Positions 1 through 11,720 of a stretch of DNA of 64,000 bases are shown one piece after another. The stretch's first letter is position 1, and every line of letters starts with the position of its first letter. The stretch covers positions 45,200,001 to 45,264,000 of the forward strand of contig CM097885.1 in assembly GCA_044892525.1 (NCBI GenBank), written 5' to 3'. The DNA is from Schmidtea polychroa. Taxonomy: Eukaryota. The notes beneath the pieces are model-generated. The model was not told where the DNA came from, did not search any database, and saw only the letters and a list, made by a program, of their open reading frames with translations. A program made the translations under genes and the position numbers.

Positions 1-1069
1 TTTTCTGTCATAATTTTGAATAATTAATGGCTCGATTAGGAACTTGAAAGATTTAATCATCCCATTGTAAATGGTCAAATGAATTTTTTTGGAACAATTA
101 TTTTTTGCATTAAGATCAAGGCAATAACCGCAACCTATAATATATTATTTTATTAAATTAACTTTATGTAAAATCCGGTGTTTATCAACCAAGAAAAATT
201 CTCTGTTAGATATTAATAGAAATTAATATTTTAAAATCCAAAATCTAACCTGATTAACCATTAATGTAATTACATTATAATACAATTGTCACAACCAAAA
301 CACAATGTCAAAACTTTAATTTTATAGTATTTATTATCATATTAAAAAATTTAATTTTTAATAATAACCGCGAAAATTCGTTTAATTGGTTTGATAATTC
401 TAATTTAAATAAAAACCCATTTTTGCATTTTTGGATAATGCGCGTGACATAAAAGGGAGGTAGGTTCTAATGAAGAAAATAAATGTTAATTACGTGCAAG
501 ATTTTACTTTATTCCCTTTTAAGATTGTTTATTTAAATTAAAGAACAATAAATATCCACCAGTTAAAGTCCAAAATTATTTCTAATTTCAATATTATTTG
601 ATTTTACTGTATACCGGATTTCTATCCCAAGAAAGCAAATTAAAAATATCAGACACAACATTTAGTGATAAGCTTTTATTCTGGTAAACTAGTTTACAAA
701 ATCGATTTATCAGGAGGGCCTTTGGGAGAAATAGTGCAATGGAGCGATCTCATTATATCATTATTTATTTTAGGTCATGATATAACTATATTATCTGAAT
801 TGTCGGACGTTAATCAGTGAGATTATATTTTTTCCAATCAATCATTTTATCGATATTTTTTTCAAGTTATCTTTTACAAACACCAAAAAAAATTGTGACT
901 GAATTGTATGAGATCTTGTGTGAGAATAAACCAAATCTATCAAACAATTAATCATATGTCCAAATTAGATTTTCTACACTTAAGCTTAGTCTGACAGGTG
1001 CACACCTACTCAAGAGTAGCCTGCACGACACACAGAATCATTTCTTGCCAAATCTCTTCTCTGATTCGG

Positions 1070-1285
1070 TATTTTCTGATTAATAGAGATCAACCATTGA
1101 TTGCGCAACATCAGTTTACAATATTTACAACGAGACCTGCGTATTTTCATTTATTTTTTGATTTCGGTGAGTTCTTATTTTCTGATTAATAGAGATCAAC
1201 TCATGATTGGGCAACATCAGTTTACAATATTTACAACGAGACCTGCGTATTTTCATTTATTTTTTTTTGATTTCGGTGAGTTCTT
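1070..1285. repeat. Two-copy tandem duplication, period ~106 bp
   Basis: tattttctgattaatagagatcaac...gatttcggtgagttctt starts at 1070 and again at 1176. Confidence 0.9.
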
Positions 1286-1901
1286 TTTAAATAGATTCTA
1301 TATTTACTTTTACCGTTTCTAGATTATTGAATGAAATATAAGCAGTGTTAGTAATATGACGAAAAATATGCCACAAAATGTAGAAAAATTTACATCACAG
1401 CCTGTAACAGAGCAAACGAATTAATATCAAAAACTACAAATAACAACACCCGGTATCTCTGTTTTGGAGAAAACATTAAAAATATTTCACAGTGAGGTGT
1501 TTCCAAAAATAATCAATTCTTTTAGATAGTACTCAGTGAGTACTGTCATTTTGATTGGAATTGGAGTTACAGTCTCTATCGGAAGCCTATTACTTCCTTA
1601 TTGTATTTGCAAACTGCATTAAAAAAACGGAATACAAGAAAGATGGAGGCAAAAGGTGGTAAAGGTGTGGGCATAAAAAGCGTACACTTATTAGGAAATG
1701 CTTACAAGGAAAAAGTATCAATAAAAATTATTCAGTTAGATTTAATTATTCACACGAATTTAAATAAACTTCAAAAATTGCTTCAAACGTCTTTATATTA
1801 TAATGCAATTTAATTAATTACTTATTAATTAAATCATTTAAGGCATACTTTTTATTAAAAATTTTAATTTTATATAACAATTAATATATTTGTTAAATAT
1901 A

Positions 1902-4014
1902 CAGTAATACCCCGTTTTACGTACATCTCATTTTTGTCCCCATTTGCCCATTATACGTACAATGATTCACACTTACGTACAAGTACTTTTTTTACTTACA
2001 TTTTTTCTGGTTTTGCAATTTATGGAAAAAAAATTATGTACTAGGATAATAAATTATGAATGTACTTTTGTAGAAATAAACCAATATAAAAACCTTTGTA
2101 AAATATAAATACATAATATTCATAATTAATTGGACTTTAGAAGAATAAAGAATAATTTTTTCTATTTTGATTTATGTATAGTTTTTTTCTTGGAACAATA
2201 ATTCTATGAAATATTAACTTGCACAGTAAGTAGAAATACGTTTATTTTTTTTTTAAATTCTTAAAATAATTTTTTTCTCTAAAAATGGCAAATAAAATAT
2301 AAAAAAAACTCGAAATGTTCTTTCTCTGAAAGCCAAAGTTAAGATAATTAGAATGTGCGATGACGGAACTTCTCAAGCTGAAGTAGCCCGCCAACTAGAT
2401 TTGAAACGTTCTACTGTAAACACTGTAGTCAAGAACAAAGATAAAATTCTTTTTGCAGTGAAAAATGCTACACCAATAAATAGTACCATCATAAGAAAAG
2501 AACACGGTCTTGTTGCAGATATGGCGAAATTACTAGTCATCTGGATAGAAAATCAAACAAAACAACACGTACCCTTAAGTCAAGCTATTATTCAAAGTAA
2601 AGCGCAAAGCTTGTTTAATGACTTAAAAGTTAAAAAAGGTGCAAACGAGACTAAATTTTGTGCTAGTCGTGGATGGTTTCATCGTTTCAGAAACAGATAC
2701 AATTTACATAACATTAAAGTCACCGGTGAAGCAGCAGCTGCAGATGTTGAGGCTGCAAAAAATATATCCATAAAAACTAGCAAAAATTGTGAATTTTAAT
2801 GTCGATGAGACAGGTCTTTTTTGGAAGAAGATGCCAGCTCGAACGTTTATTTCTAAAGAAGAAAAGACTATGCCAGGATATAAAGAGAGAATTACACTTT
2901 TATTAGGTGGTAATGCCGCAGGAACGTATAGACTTAAACCCATGCTTTTGCATCGCTATGAAAACCCTAGAGCGTTAAAGAACTATGCGAAAGCTAAACT
3001 GCCAGTCTACTATAGATCTAACCCTAAAGCATGGGTTACTGCATATATTTTTGAAGAATGGTTTAACAAATGTTTTACAGCTGAAGTTAAATGATATTGT
3101 AGAAGCAGAAAAATACCGTTTAAAATTTTATTAGTTATCGATAATGCTCCTGGTCATCCGCAAAATTTAGGCAACGGTAATATTCGAGTTGAATTTTTAC
3201 CTCCAAACACCACATATATCCTTCAACCCATGGATCAGTGTGTTATCGCGTCATTTAAATTGAACTATTTAAAAAAGACATTCAGTAAAATAATTGCTGC
3301 AATTGACAGTAAAGAAGGTTCAGGTAGGGATGTTTTAAAAAAAGTTTGGGCGGAATGCAATATTTAAGATTGCATAAAAATAATTCGAGACACCTGGAAT
3401 GCTATTTCAGTTTCTACAGTGAAAGAGGCCTGGAATAAATTATTTCCGCAGGAAACAAATGATAGGGAAGATTTCGAAGATAATAACACTGAAATCATTG
3501 GCAATATTGTAGATATGGCGCAAAATCTTGAGTTAGAAGTAGATTCAAATGATGTTGTTCAACTTGTAGCATCCTACGATGAACCTCTCAACAATGAAGA
3601 TCTTTTAGAATTAAATGAACAGATACAACCTGAAAATTTAGAATGCAATGTCGCAGAAAAATCCACTCAATCTGAAGGACTCAATCAAAATTTTATCAGA
3701 TGCTTTCCAATGTTTTCAAAATGGAATGGCTCTTTTTGAAAAATACGATCCAGATTTTGAGAGGAGTTCAAAGGTTAACAAATACATTATGGGCGCATAT
3801 TCCTGTTATTCAGAATTATACAGGGAAATGAAAAAACATAGTAAACAAACCTCTTTAAAAGATTTTTTTGCTACAAAAACTATATCACCTAGCTCAAAAT
3901 CAAAAGAAAATCGGGTTTTGGCATCCACTTCAGGAAGTCGCAAGACTTTTTCAATAAGTTCATCTACATCTCCTGACTCACTAGCAAAAAAGCGTTTAGC
4001 GGTTGATTACACAG
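1902..4014 (+). mobile_element. Tigger/pogo-family DNA transposon, copy 1; right end absent and fused to Polinton polB DNA
   Basis: Starts TA|CAGTAATACCCC and contains transposase fragments. No clear GGGGTATTACTG right TIR is present. Confidence 0.9.
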
Positions 4015-4085
4015 AGAAGTACTTCGATGGGTCTCAGATATATCTCCTATTGATTGAAGAAGTTAATATTTCTTTTAATCATTAA
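2285..4085 (+). pseudogene. Tigger transposase pseudogene (HTH_psq, CENP-B HTH, DDE_1)
   Basis: Motifs FCASRGWFHRFRNR, FNVDETGLFWK, KAWVT, DNAPGH and LQPMDQ. Stops near 3092 and 3365, plus frameshifts. Confidence 0.92.
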
Positions 4086-4851
4086 AAATATTGACTAAAT
4101 TTTAGAATTAAATTATCAATATTTGGCTGTAACCAATCTCGATCGACTGCTCAATTACAGAGATAGAGTAGAAGGATTCAGAATCCAATCACATTGGTAC
4201 CATACATGTCTTCACGGTTTCGAAAACTTCTTACTTTTGAAAGACATAGGTCTTTGTCGGAAGAATGTGGAGCGGACGACTCTATACTCAATGCCAGAGA
4301 ATAAATATATCACATTTAAAGACTGGAGTAAAACTATAAAACAGCAGTTTGTTGTATACGCGGACTTTGATTCAAATTCTAATGTCACCCATAAAGTCTA
4401 TAAAAAGTGTGAGTGAGCATCCAGCAAAAGATAATAGGAAGTGTCAATCATCAGTTGTATACTTTCATGACAGAAAAACGAGCTTTTCAATGTTTGGATG
4501 ATAAGAGGTATTGGTTCAATTGTAATGAAAGCTATGCCTACGGTAACTATAAGATTCGTCAAATGCATATCGCAACTGCTCCATCTACAAATGAATAAAA
4601 ATCGTAACAAGCACTTTAACAATTAAATTTATGTGAATAATATATATATAGTAAATAATTTTACTTAGTTAATTAAAATGTGTATTATCATTTAATAATT
4701 CCTTTGTCCAATTATTTTAGATAATTAGTTTTAAGTAAGAATTATAATTTTTTTTATTGAAGGATTATTTTTATTGAAAAATTAATGCCCATTTTATTTA
4801 AAATTAACACAGCTTTATATAATTACTAATTAAAATTTTATTCAAATTGAA
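4015..4851 (+). pseudogene. Internally deleted Polinton polB fragment plus its 3' flank (copy 1)
   Basis: Closely matches the reverse complement of ~26247-25887 joined to ~23811-23310. AVTNLDRLL...VYADF is joined directly to SNVTHKVYKK and SIQQK...DDKRYW. Confidence 0.92.
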
Positions 4852-4877
4852 ATTTTCCCCAGATCTTTTTCATTTTA

Positions 4878-6490
4878 TTATACGTCGCTTTCTTGTAATG
4901 ATCTGGAGTTAACAAATACTCGTAATTTACCACTTCCGCTTTGGAGAATAGTATCTACCAATTCCATTATTACTCTTTCTTTCTTTGACGGAAATAACAA
5001 ATTTCTGGGAGCTTCCTCCACTTTTATTCCACTTTGCGACAATTTTTCTAACGACGTAAAATTCACCAGATATTGTAATTCTGTCAATTCTAAATTTTCC
5101 GGTGTCTTCACTCCTTGATGATCTGGCAATGCAATCCAAGATTCTGGTGTTAATCTGTATAGTGGTGCCAACAATCTATTTTACTGTAATACTTTCGGTT
5201 TCACGTCCTCTTCCAGTATCGATTCGTGTCACAGGCTCCATAAATCGCAACTTTCCATTTAAATTTACTGGTAACTTGTTGGTGCATTAATCGTCTTTTG
5301 TCAGTTTAACTGATACCGCTTTACATTTATAGTTATATAGTGCTTCACCGAAAATTCTGGCAAACACCCCATTTTCTGTAATTGACATTGGTTCTACCAA
5401 ATTAGGATTGCCATTCGATTTCGGAGTATTTCTTTATTGAGATTGCAAATATTTATAATAACTTCTCGGTACACATTTTCAACGGTATTTTGACCAAAGT
5501 GAAACAAATAATCTATTTTGTTATTAAAGTAATTTGTCAACTTAATATCTCCGGCATGTATATTGGTTTGAGGCTCTGTAATCACCTTCTGAGATACATA
5601 TATACCTTTATAATTTGTCTCATAGACACTTTGTTCTAGTTTCTTTTCTCAGGAATCACATTCCGTCTTCTGTCGAGGTTGACATTACCACTGTTGGAGT
5701 GTCCTTCATCCATAGAGGTGTGATTCTTGTTGTACTCGTTGCTGGATCCATTCTTATCTTATCTTCTCTCCCGTTATTTCTTTAAAACTCATTGACTTCA
5801 ATTGCACTAAATTGCACCTTTTTGTATCGACATCGTACACCAAGATTGATTCTCTTGTCTGACAGCTAGATTGTTTCATGTTGCAGAATGGATGTGTCTG
5901 TAGTTTACCCGTATCATCATCAAATGATCCATCAAATTCTCTTAATTCCGACATGTACTCTTCCACAACAACGGCTTTGTCAATTATCGCATCGTCTATT
6001 TTGTATGGTTTTCCTTGTCAATCGCCAATCGACTTTATTATCCCTCGCACAGTTAGAGTCACGGATTTTGTGGTTTAACTTTGCTTGCAATTTAATATCT
6101 GCATTGATTTTCAACTGTTCTGTTTGAAAGGCTGCCAGGCAATTCTCTTCAAAATTATTTCTATCGGTCTAGGTATTTATTGCATTTTCACCATCGATGA
6201 GTGGCTCCATTTTCCACAATAAAATACAAAAGTAGTTCGTTGAACTGTACAGTGTACACTCTCTCACCTTTGCTCGTCGAAACACAGATTCTTGATATAC
6301 ATGATATTTTACTGGATTTTACACTTTAAACTTTACTGGGTATGCATCTGAACACTGCTACGTTTACCAACGAATATACTCTTCCCATTTCGGTTTGGGA
6401 GCAGTCGTATGCCACCAATGAATTCGTCGTGTTTATTATTCCCAATAACATAATAATAGAGATCATCAACCATGGAAATGCGAGTTTTCC
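4878..6490 (-). pseudogene. env: Envelope glycoprotein, chuvirus-G-like / class III fusogen type; frameshifted and truncated before the TM anchor
   Basis: Manual translation gives a signal peptide LAFPWLMISIIMLLGIINTTNS, then LVAYDC, RTTFVFYCGKWSHSSMV, HPFCNMKQSSC, GEALYNYKCKAVSVKL...CTNKLPV...FMEPVTRI and LSQSGI...LLFP. This Cys and motif order recalls chuvirus-type glycoproteins found in LTR elements. Confidence 0.75.
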
Positions 6491-6499
6491 CTTTTTCCT

Positions 6500-7091
6500 T
6501 ACTGTCTTTGTTTTTGGGCTGCGTCTTTTGTATCAAAATTTCCCATCCGCCATTGTTTGCAATCCACTTCATCAAATATTTATTCGTCATTTCAATGGCT
6601 TTCTTTATTAATGATTTTGAATTGTCAGTTTCCAAACAACCATAAATAACAATCTCCAATATTATATAGGCTAGCACTGTCAATATTACATCTCGATCCA
6701 ACGCGGTTCGTGTTAGGTCCTCAATTACTGCTTCCTCGCAAAATTCCTTTTCTTCATAATTTCTTTTAATTATCGACGGTAATCTTCTTTTTAATTCCGT
6801 TGCCAATCTCTTTACAACTCTTTTCTCCGAAGTATCATCTCTTCCTGTTTCAGTTTCATCTAACAAGTACAATTCCGTAACTAAAATTTTCAATATTCGC
6901 TCCGTTTCGCTTGATTCATCTAAACTCAAAGATTCAGTTTCCGCATCATTTTGTCTTTTCCGACATATCGCAATGGCATTTTCCGTTTCAACGAAGTTCT
7001 CTTCACTCTTCGTTTCATTTATACTTGGTAATACCCTGTTATCGGCGCTCATTTCCTCGATATCCCTTGTAGCTTCATATTCCGATCCCAT
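6500..7091 (-). CDS. Bcl-2-like domain (within ORF 6333..7091)
   Basis: BH3-like VVKRLATELK, a hydrophobic helix-5-like VILTVLAYIILEIVI (the NWGR motif is not conserved), and a canonical BH2 LMKWIANNGGWE. Confidence 0.75.
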
Positions 7092-7102
7092 TTCCTCATT
7101 TT

Positions 7103-7500
7103 CTATTGTTTTAATCTCAGCAATTCATTAATTTCTTGATCAATTTCTCCTGGATCATCTACAACTTCAGTTTTAATCTCCACATTATCATTATCCGTTT
7201 CCTCATACGGAGGCCAAAGTGGTATTATTACTGCATCTCTTTCCCTTCCATCACTTTGCTTTGTTGCGTACACATTATTAATACAATTTGGGTTACATCC
7301 GTAATCCAACAAATATTCGTCATCATCCAATTCTTGTCCTTTGAACGTCAACACGATAATTCCTTCATTACCTAATATCTCCACTGCTTTTTGTCGTATT
7401 TTCTTTGCTTTTACACTCCAATGTTCCTGATAATATCAATCCTTTGATCCGCAATATTCAACGCTATTATCAAAGACTTCGCATTATTGTCTGCCACCCC
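7103..7500 (-). pseudogene. Ubiquitin-like domain 2 plus acidic linker
   Basis: IVLTFKGQELDDDEYLLDYG matches the ubiquitin L-I-F-x-G-K-Q-L-E-D...L-x-D-Y pattern. The N-terminal strands lie across a frameshift near 7415. Confidence 0.65.
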
Positions 7501-7518
7501 ATAATCATGTCCTAGTTT

Positions 7519-8487
7519 TTAGATTACCTCTTTTAACTTTGCCTGATAACTTGTCGGTTTATTCGTATACGGTACGATGCATTCCAACAACCCTTCTTTC
7601 ATGTCTTGATTCATTTCAATTCTCATTATGAAGTCGATACTCGCATTAATTTTATCTTTATTCCCTGCATACAGGGTATCTTGTAAATCTGCTAGAATCT
7701 TTTCCCAATTCTGTCTACCTGAATTCAAAGTATTAACTGCATTAACGACATTTACTTTATTTTTCCAGCCTGGTATCAAACCGCAATCTACCAAGTACTC
7801 CTCGTCTTCCAGACATCGATTCTCAAATTTTAATTGCACTTGCCATCCACTGTATTGGCGCAGTATATGCTCCTTTAACTCTCTGATTTGTCCGTAGGCA
7901 TTTACACGGAATTGGCACTTCACATTATCAAGTCCCGTCGTTTCCACTATGATATCAGCTAAATCCCTTGTTGACCGTAAAGCCTTGCTAAACTTCTGCA
8001 TTTGTTTAAGTATCTCATCGTTTCTGTTTTCTTTGAATAGCTTTGCACATAAATTTATGGCTCTCTTTAGTTCTCTTTGGGTTAGTGACATCACACTGAG
8101 TCCTGCGATCCATCGTTTCAACTGGGAGTTGTCAGTTTCCATTCTCGCAAGCCATTTTTCAACTCGGGCTAACAGTGCAGTTGGATTCTCATCTGATGCG
8201 ATCTTTCGCACTTTGGTGGCGGGTTTTCCCTCACCTTCTGACACGGTTCCAATTATCATATGAGATTCAGTTTCCTCATCTGATTCAAATTTAGCCACTA
8301 GTTTGTTCAGCTTCTGTCGCATTTCTCGAAATTCCTTTTCCATTTTGTCTTGAAATTCCTCTCTCTGAGCATATGTCATATTGCTGGTGTTTGGCATATC
8401 TTCTTGGAATCTGATCGATTTCTTTAAAATAGGTCTGCTGAATCTTTCTGAGTTCCTTGGGCATAATGGTACCTCAGCTGTAAATTG
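7519..8487 (-). CDS. Coiled-coil region plus ubiquitin-like domain 1 (polyprotein fragment)
   Basis: IIVET...QIRELKEHILRQ...VQLKFENRCLEDEEYLVDCGL is a UBL pattern. The frame stays open upstream of the ATG to a TAG at 8488-8490. Confidence 0.65.
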   Translation of the reverse strand, partial: QFTAEVPLCPRNSERFSRPILKKSIRFQEDMPNTSNMTYAQREEFQDKMEKEFREMRQKLNKLVAKFESDEETESHMIIGTVSEGEGKPATKVRKIASDENPTALLARVEKWLARMETDNSQLKRWIAGLSVMSLTQRELKRAINLCAKLFKENRNDEILKQMQKFSKALRSTRDLADIIVETTGLDNVKCQFRVNAYGQIRELKEHILRQYSGWQVQLKFENRCLEDEEYLVDCGLIPGWKNKVNVVNAVNTLNSGRQNWEKILADLQDTLYAGNKDKINASIDFIMRIEMNQDMKEGLLECIVPYTNKPTSYQAKLKEVI

Positions 8488-9989
8488 CTATTCATGCGTG
8501 TCCGAGTTCGATCTCATCATACGAAATCTTTGTTTCAGTAATTCATTCCAATGTTTCTGTGGAAATTTACGTTTTCCTTATCGGCCATATTCGGAGTGCA
8601 GTGTGTGTCTATGTACACTGTAAGACATTGTGATAATGTTATTCTCGAAAAATGTGGGAATATTTCAGATAACTTTGAAAGTTTTGACACTTAATTTTTG
8701 ATATCGTAGAATGCTTAACAATAATACGAATGAGACCACATCTCCAAAACTAAACAAGTTGAAGTTACGTTACGAAATTGTTTATGGAACGCGCATGGTT
8801 GATGTTGTGAACTTGAGATCAATTTCATTAAACTTTCTTTCAAACATAATTGTGGAATTCTGTAATGCTGTTCCGGAAGAAGTTGTGGAGGTTGTTTCAG
8901 TGAAATTAATGAACATAAAATATGGAAGAGCGTGGCCATGGAATGCACTTCCAAGCACTTCCCGTTATTCCACCAAACTACTACTACTACTAAGGATCAG
9001 CGGTAGATCATGTGGTAGCACATGTGACTCTGACGCCAGAAAGTGAGGTTCGTGATCGTGTCTCAAATGCACCGAATGAACTACAATTCTCGATCAAAGA
9101 TCCGGGTTCACTCTAAAATTCATCACTGATTAATTTTCAGGGTATTTAAATTGGGTTTGAGTATCAGTCTACCAGAGAAACTTGCTAACGGCTTTAACTA
9201 GGGGATTTTTGCATTATAATCTATATGTTCTTGTACTTGTGTGCTGTATGGATCCAAACCGGTGATAATAACTTAAGTATTCTAGCGAACGACCCAGGAA
9301 TAAATATCAAATCGAAATGTAACTCTTTCGTGTAGGCCTTGCCTGGAAAGAAGTATCCGTTTAATTACATTACTGGTTTTACCACGAAAGCAATCAGCGT
9401 GTTAATGAAACAATTGCGAATTTGGATATTGGCTGGTATTGTCAATATGTGGTTTTGAACTTTTAACTTTAAATAGTATCATTTTTATAATTATTATATG
9501 GCATTATAATCAATGTTCCTTTTAGGTTGCGCGTAGTGCTCGTTGTGGTAGTGTGGTGCGGGAGAAATTAATCTACTATATTGCTCAGAAAAAAACATTG
9601 CGAAAATGGAAATAAGAATAAACAAAGTTTTTTATAACTACTTGTTTTATAAAACTTATAAAAATGGAAAAACTATTACGGCATATAAAATTGAATTGAT
9701 GTTAGTTATAAGTTTTCAATGAAAAGTACCCAGACGAGTATACAGCCTAAAACACAGATCTAGTAAAACCATGTGGCAGTGATAGTACTAGAAATATGGG
9801 AATTCCCTGAAGGCATTAATGTATTGTTCGTAAATAGAAAGAAAACGATCATTGTTCGTTAAGCCGAGTGACTCCACTGGTGATTAAAGGTCACTCTAAA
9901 AATGTCATACGCGGAATTTGAAAGTGAGAAATCAACAAAAGGTTAAATGCATAAATTCATCATGTCAATGTCAACGTCAGGTTTTTCTT

Positions 9990-10146
9990 GTATTTATTAT
10001 TTTGTTAACCGATTTCCGGATCAAACTCGGAATGCAATAGTGTGTGCTACAAATTTGGGGAAACGGTTTCCGGTTCGTAAATACGAAAACCGGGAACCGG
10101 TTTGCGAACCGGAAACCGGTTAACCGTTGCTCGTTTAACATCCCTA
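9990..10146 (-). mobile_element. End of a hAT-like element interrupting the gag C-terminal region
   Basis: The minus strand begins TAGGGATG and is followed by clustered AACCGG/CCGGTT subterminal repeats. The other end was not identified. Confidence 0.55.
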
Positions 10147-10302
10147 CTTGAAATCTATTATTTGGTCTCAAAATTGGACTACTAATTTGGTTTATTTTCT
10201 TTTCATCCCATGGTGCTCTCACAGGAGTTATTGACCGCTCACGTCTGTCCACATTAACTCCAAAAGCATCTGATCTTTTCGCACTTTAAATTCAGCTCGA
10301 TC

Positions 10303-11720
10303 TAGGGTTCGTAATCCCGAAATCCCGGGATCCCGCAATTTTTAGCAATCCCGAAATCCCGGGATCGAGCACTTGATCCCGGGATTTGACTTTTTAAGCC
10401 TAAAAGGAAAAATACCTTACCGTTTCCTTAAAAATTCTTTAAAACAATCGTTTTTGGTTGAACATTTTCAAATTTAAATTTTTTTCAGTTGAGATTTGAA
10501 TTTTGTCATATAGAAAATACTTGGAATTTTTTGTTGCGGCTGAATTTGGGAAGCAAATCACTCTAATAAAAGATTGCAAGACTAGGTGGAACAGCCTTTT
10601 GTCAATGCTTGAACGTATCTATTTATTAAAAAATTGTATTCAAAAGGCACTGATAGACATAAGTCTACCTGAAGGTGAATCATTTGCTTTATCTAATGAT
10701 GAGCTTAAAATGATATCTTCTATCATTAGTGCTCTAGTACCAGTAAAAGCAGCAGTCGAGGCCCTTTGTCGTCGGGATGCTAGTCTGTTCACAGCCGATG
10801 TTGCTATAACTTTTATGTTAAAAAAACTTAAAGATTCTAACAACGTTATATATCAAAAATTGCATTCAGCTCTCATTTTTCGCATGCAACAAAGGTGGAC
10901 AGATATCAGTGGTGTACTTCAGCATTTACATAATGGTAGGACAAACGTTCAGTCCGAATCTGAAATAGCGCTCGTAACAGTTCCATCTGCCGTAAAATGT
11001 CGAAAAATAATAGTTGAGTTACTCGAAAGATTAGATGCTGCAAATCCAGCTACAGCACTAACAGCTCATGAGTCCGAAGTTGAATCTTCTGTTTCAAATG
11101 AGGCACCTATCGAAATTGTTTCAGATTCTTCTGATTCTCAATCTGAATCTTTTTCCTTTTCTCTTGAACAACCTTTAACTATTGCAGACGAGCTCAATAA
11201 AGCTATAAAACAAGTACATTTTCCGAGGATGCCAATTCGATGTGAGATGCTGTCAGCGAAAATTCAAAAGGAAATGGTATTGTTTGAAAATGGAGGAACA
11301 CTTGGTGATTTTTTGCAAAGAGCGTATGATTTTCTAATGACAATCAAACCAACCAGTGTAGAGTCCGAACGTGCCTTTTCTGCGGCCGGACTTTTTGCAA
11401 CGAAAATAAGAAATCGTATGGGCGATGAAACTTTGGATGCACTATGCTTTCTTAAAAGTTATTTTAAAAATAACAAAGAATATGTATAATATTAATATGT
11501 ATAAATATAATATTATAAAAATTTTTAAATACCTGTTCTTGAAATATATTAACATATTATTTTAACAAAATTAATCTCTTTCTTTTTCTATTAATTTGGT
11601 TAAAATAGTATGTTAATATATTTTAAGAACATGTATTTAAAAATCCCGGGATCCCGGGATTAGGAAATTGCAATCCTGAAATCCCGGGATTGAAAATATA
11701 GCACGAGATTGCCAACCCTA
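10303..11720 (+). mobile_element. hAT transposon, internally deleted, inserted into gag
   Basis: TIRs TAGGGTT...AACCCTA, perfect 8-bp TSD GCTCGATC (10295-10302 and 11721-11728), and ATCCCGGGAT subterminal repeats at both ends. Confidence 0.95.
10503..11489 (+). CDS. hAT transposase, C-terminal half
   Basis: DCKTRWNS and the hATC dimerisation motif PTSVESERAFSAAG...RNRMGDETLDALCFL. The N-terminus is missing. Confidence 0.9.
   Translation: MSYRKYLEFFVAAEFGKQITLIKDCKTRWNSLLSMLERIYLLKNCIQKALIDISLPEGESFALSNDELKMISSIISALVPVKAAVEALCRRDASLFTADVAITFMLKKLKDSNNVIYQKLHSALIFRMQQRWTDISGVLQHLHNGRTNVQSESEIALVTVPSAVKCRKIIVELLERLDAANPATALTAHESEVESSVSNEAPIEIVSDSSDSQSESFSFSLEQPLTIADELNKAIKQVHFPRMPIRCEMLSAKIQKEMVLFENGGTLGDFLQRAYDFLMTIKPTSVESERAFSAAGLFATKIRNRMGDETLDALCFLKSYFKNNKEYV

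Noticed and set aside
6342..8263. Plus-strand ORFs at 6342, 7136, 7628 and 7949
   Set aside because: They are antisense shadows of the minus-strand cassette and have no motifs.
8711..9400. ORF 8711-9046 and a possible integrase remnant
   Set aside because: No recognisable motif in any frame I translated, so I cannot assign it.
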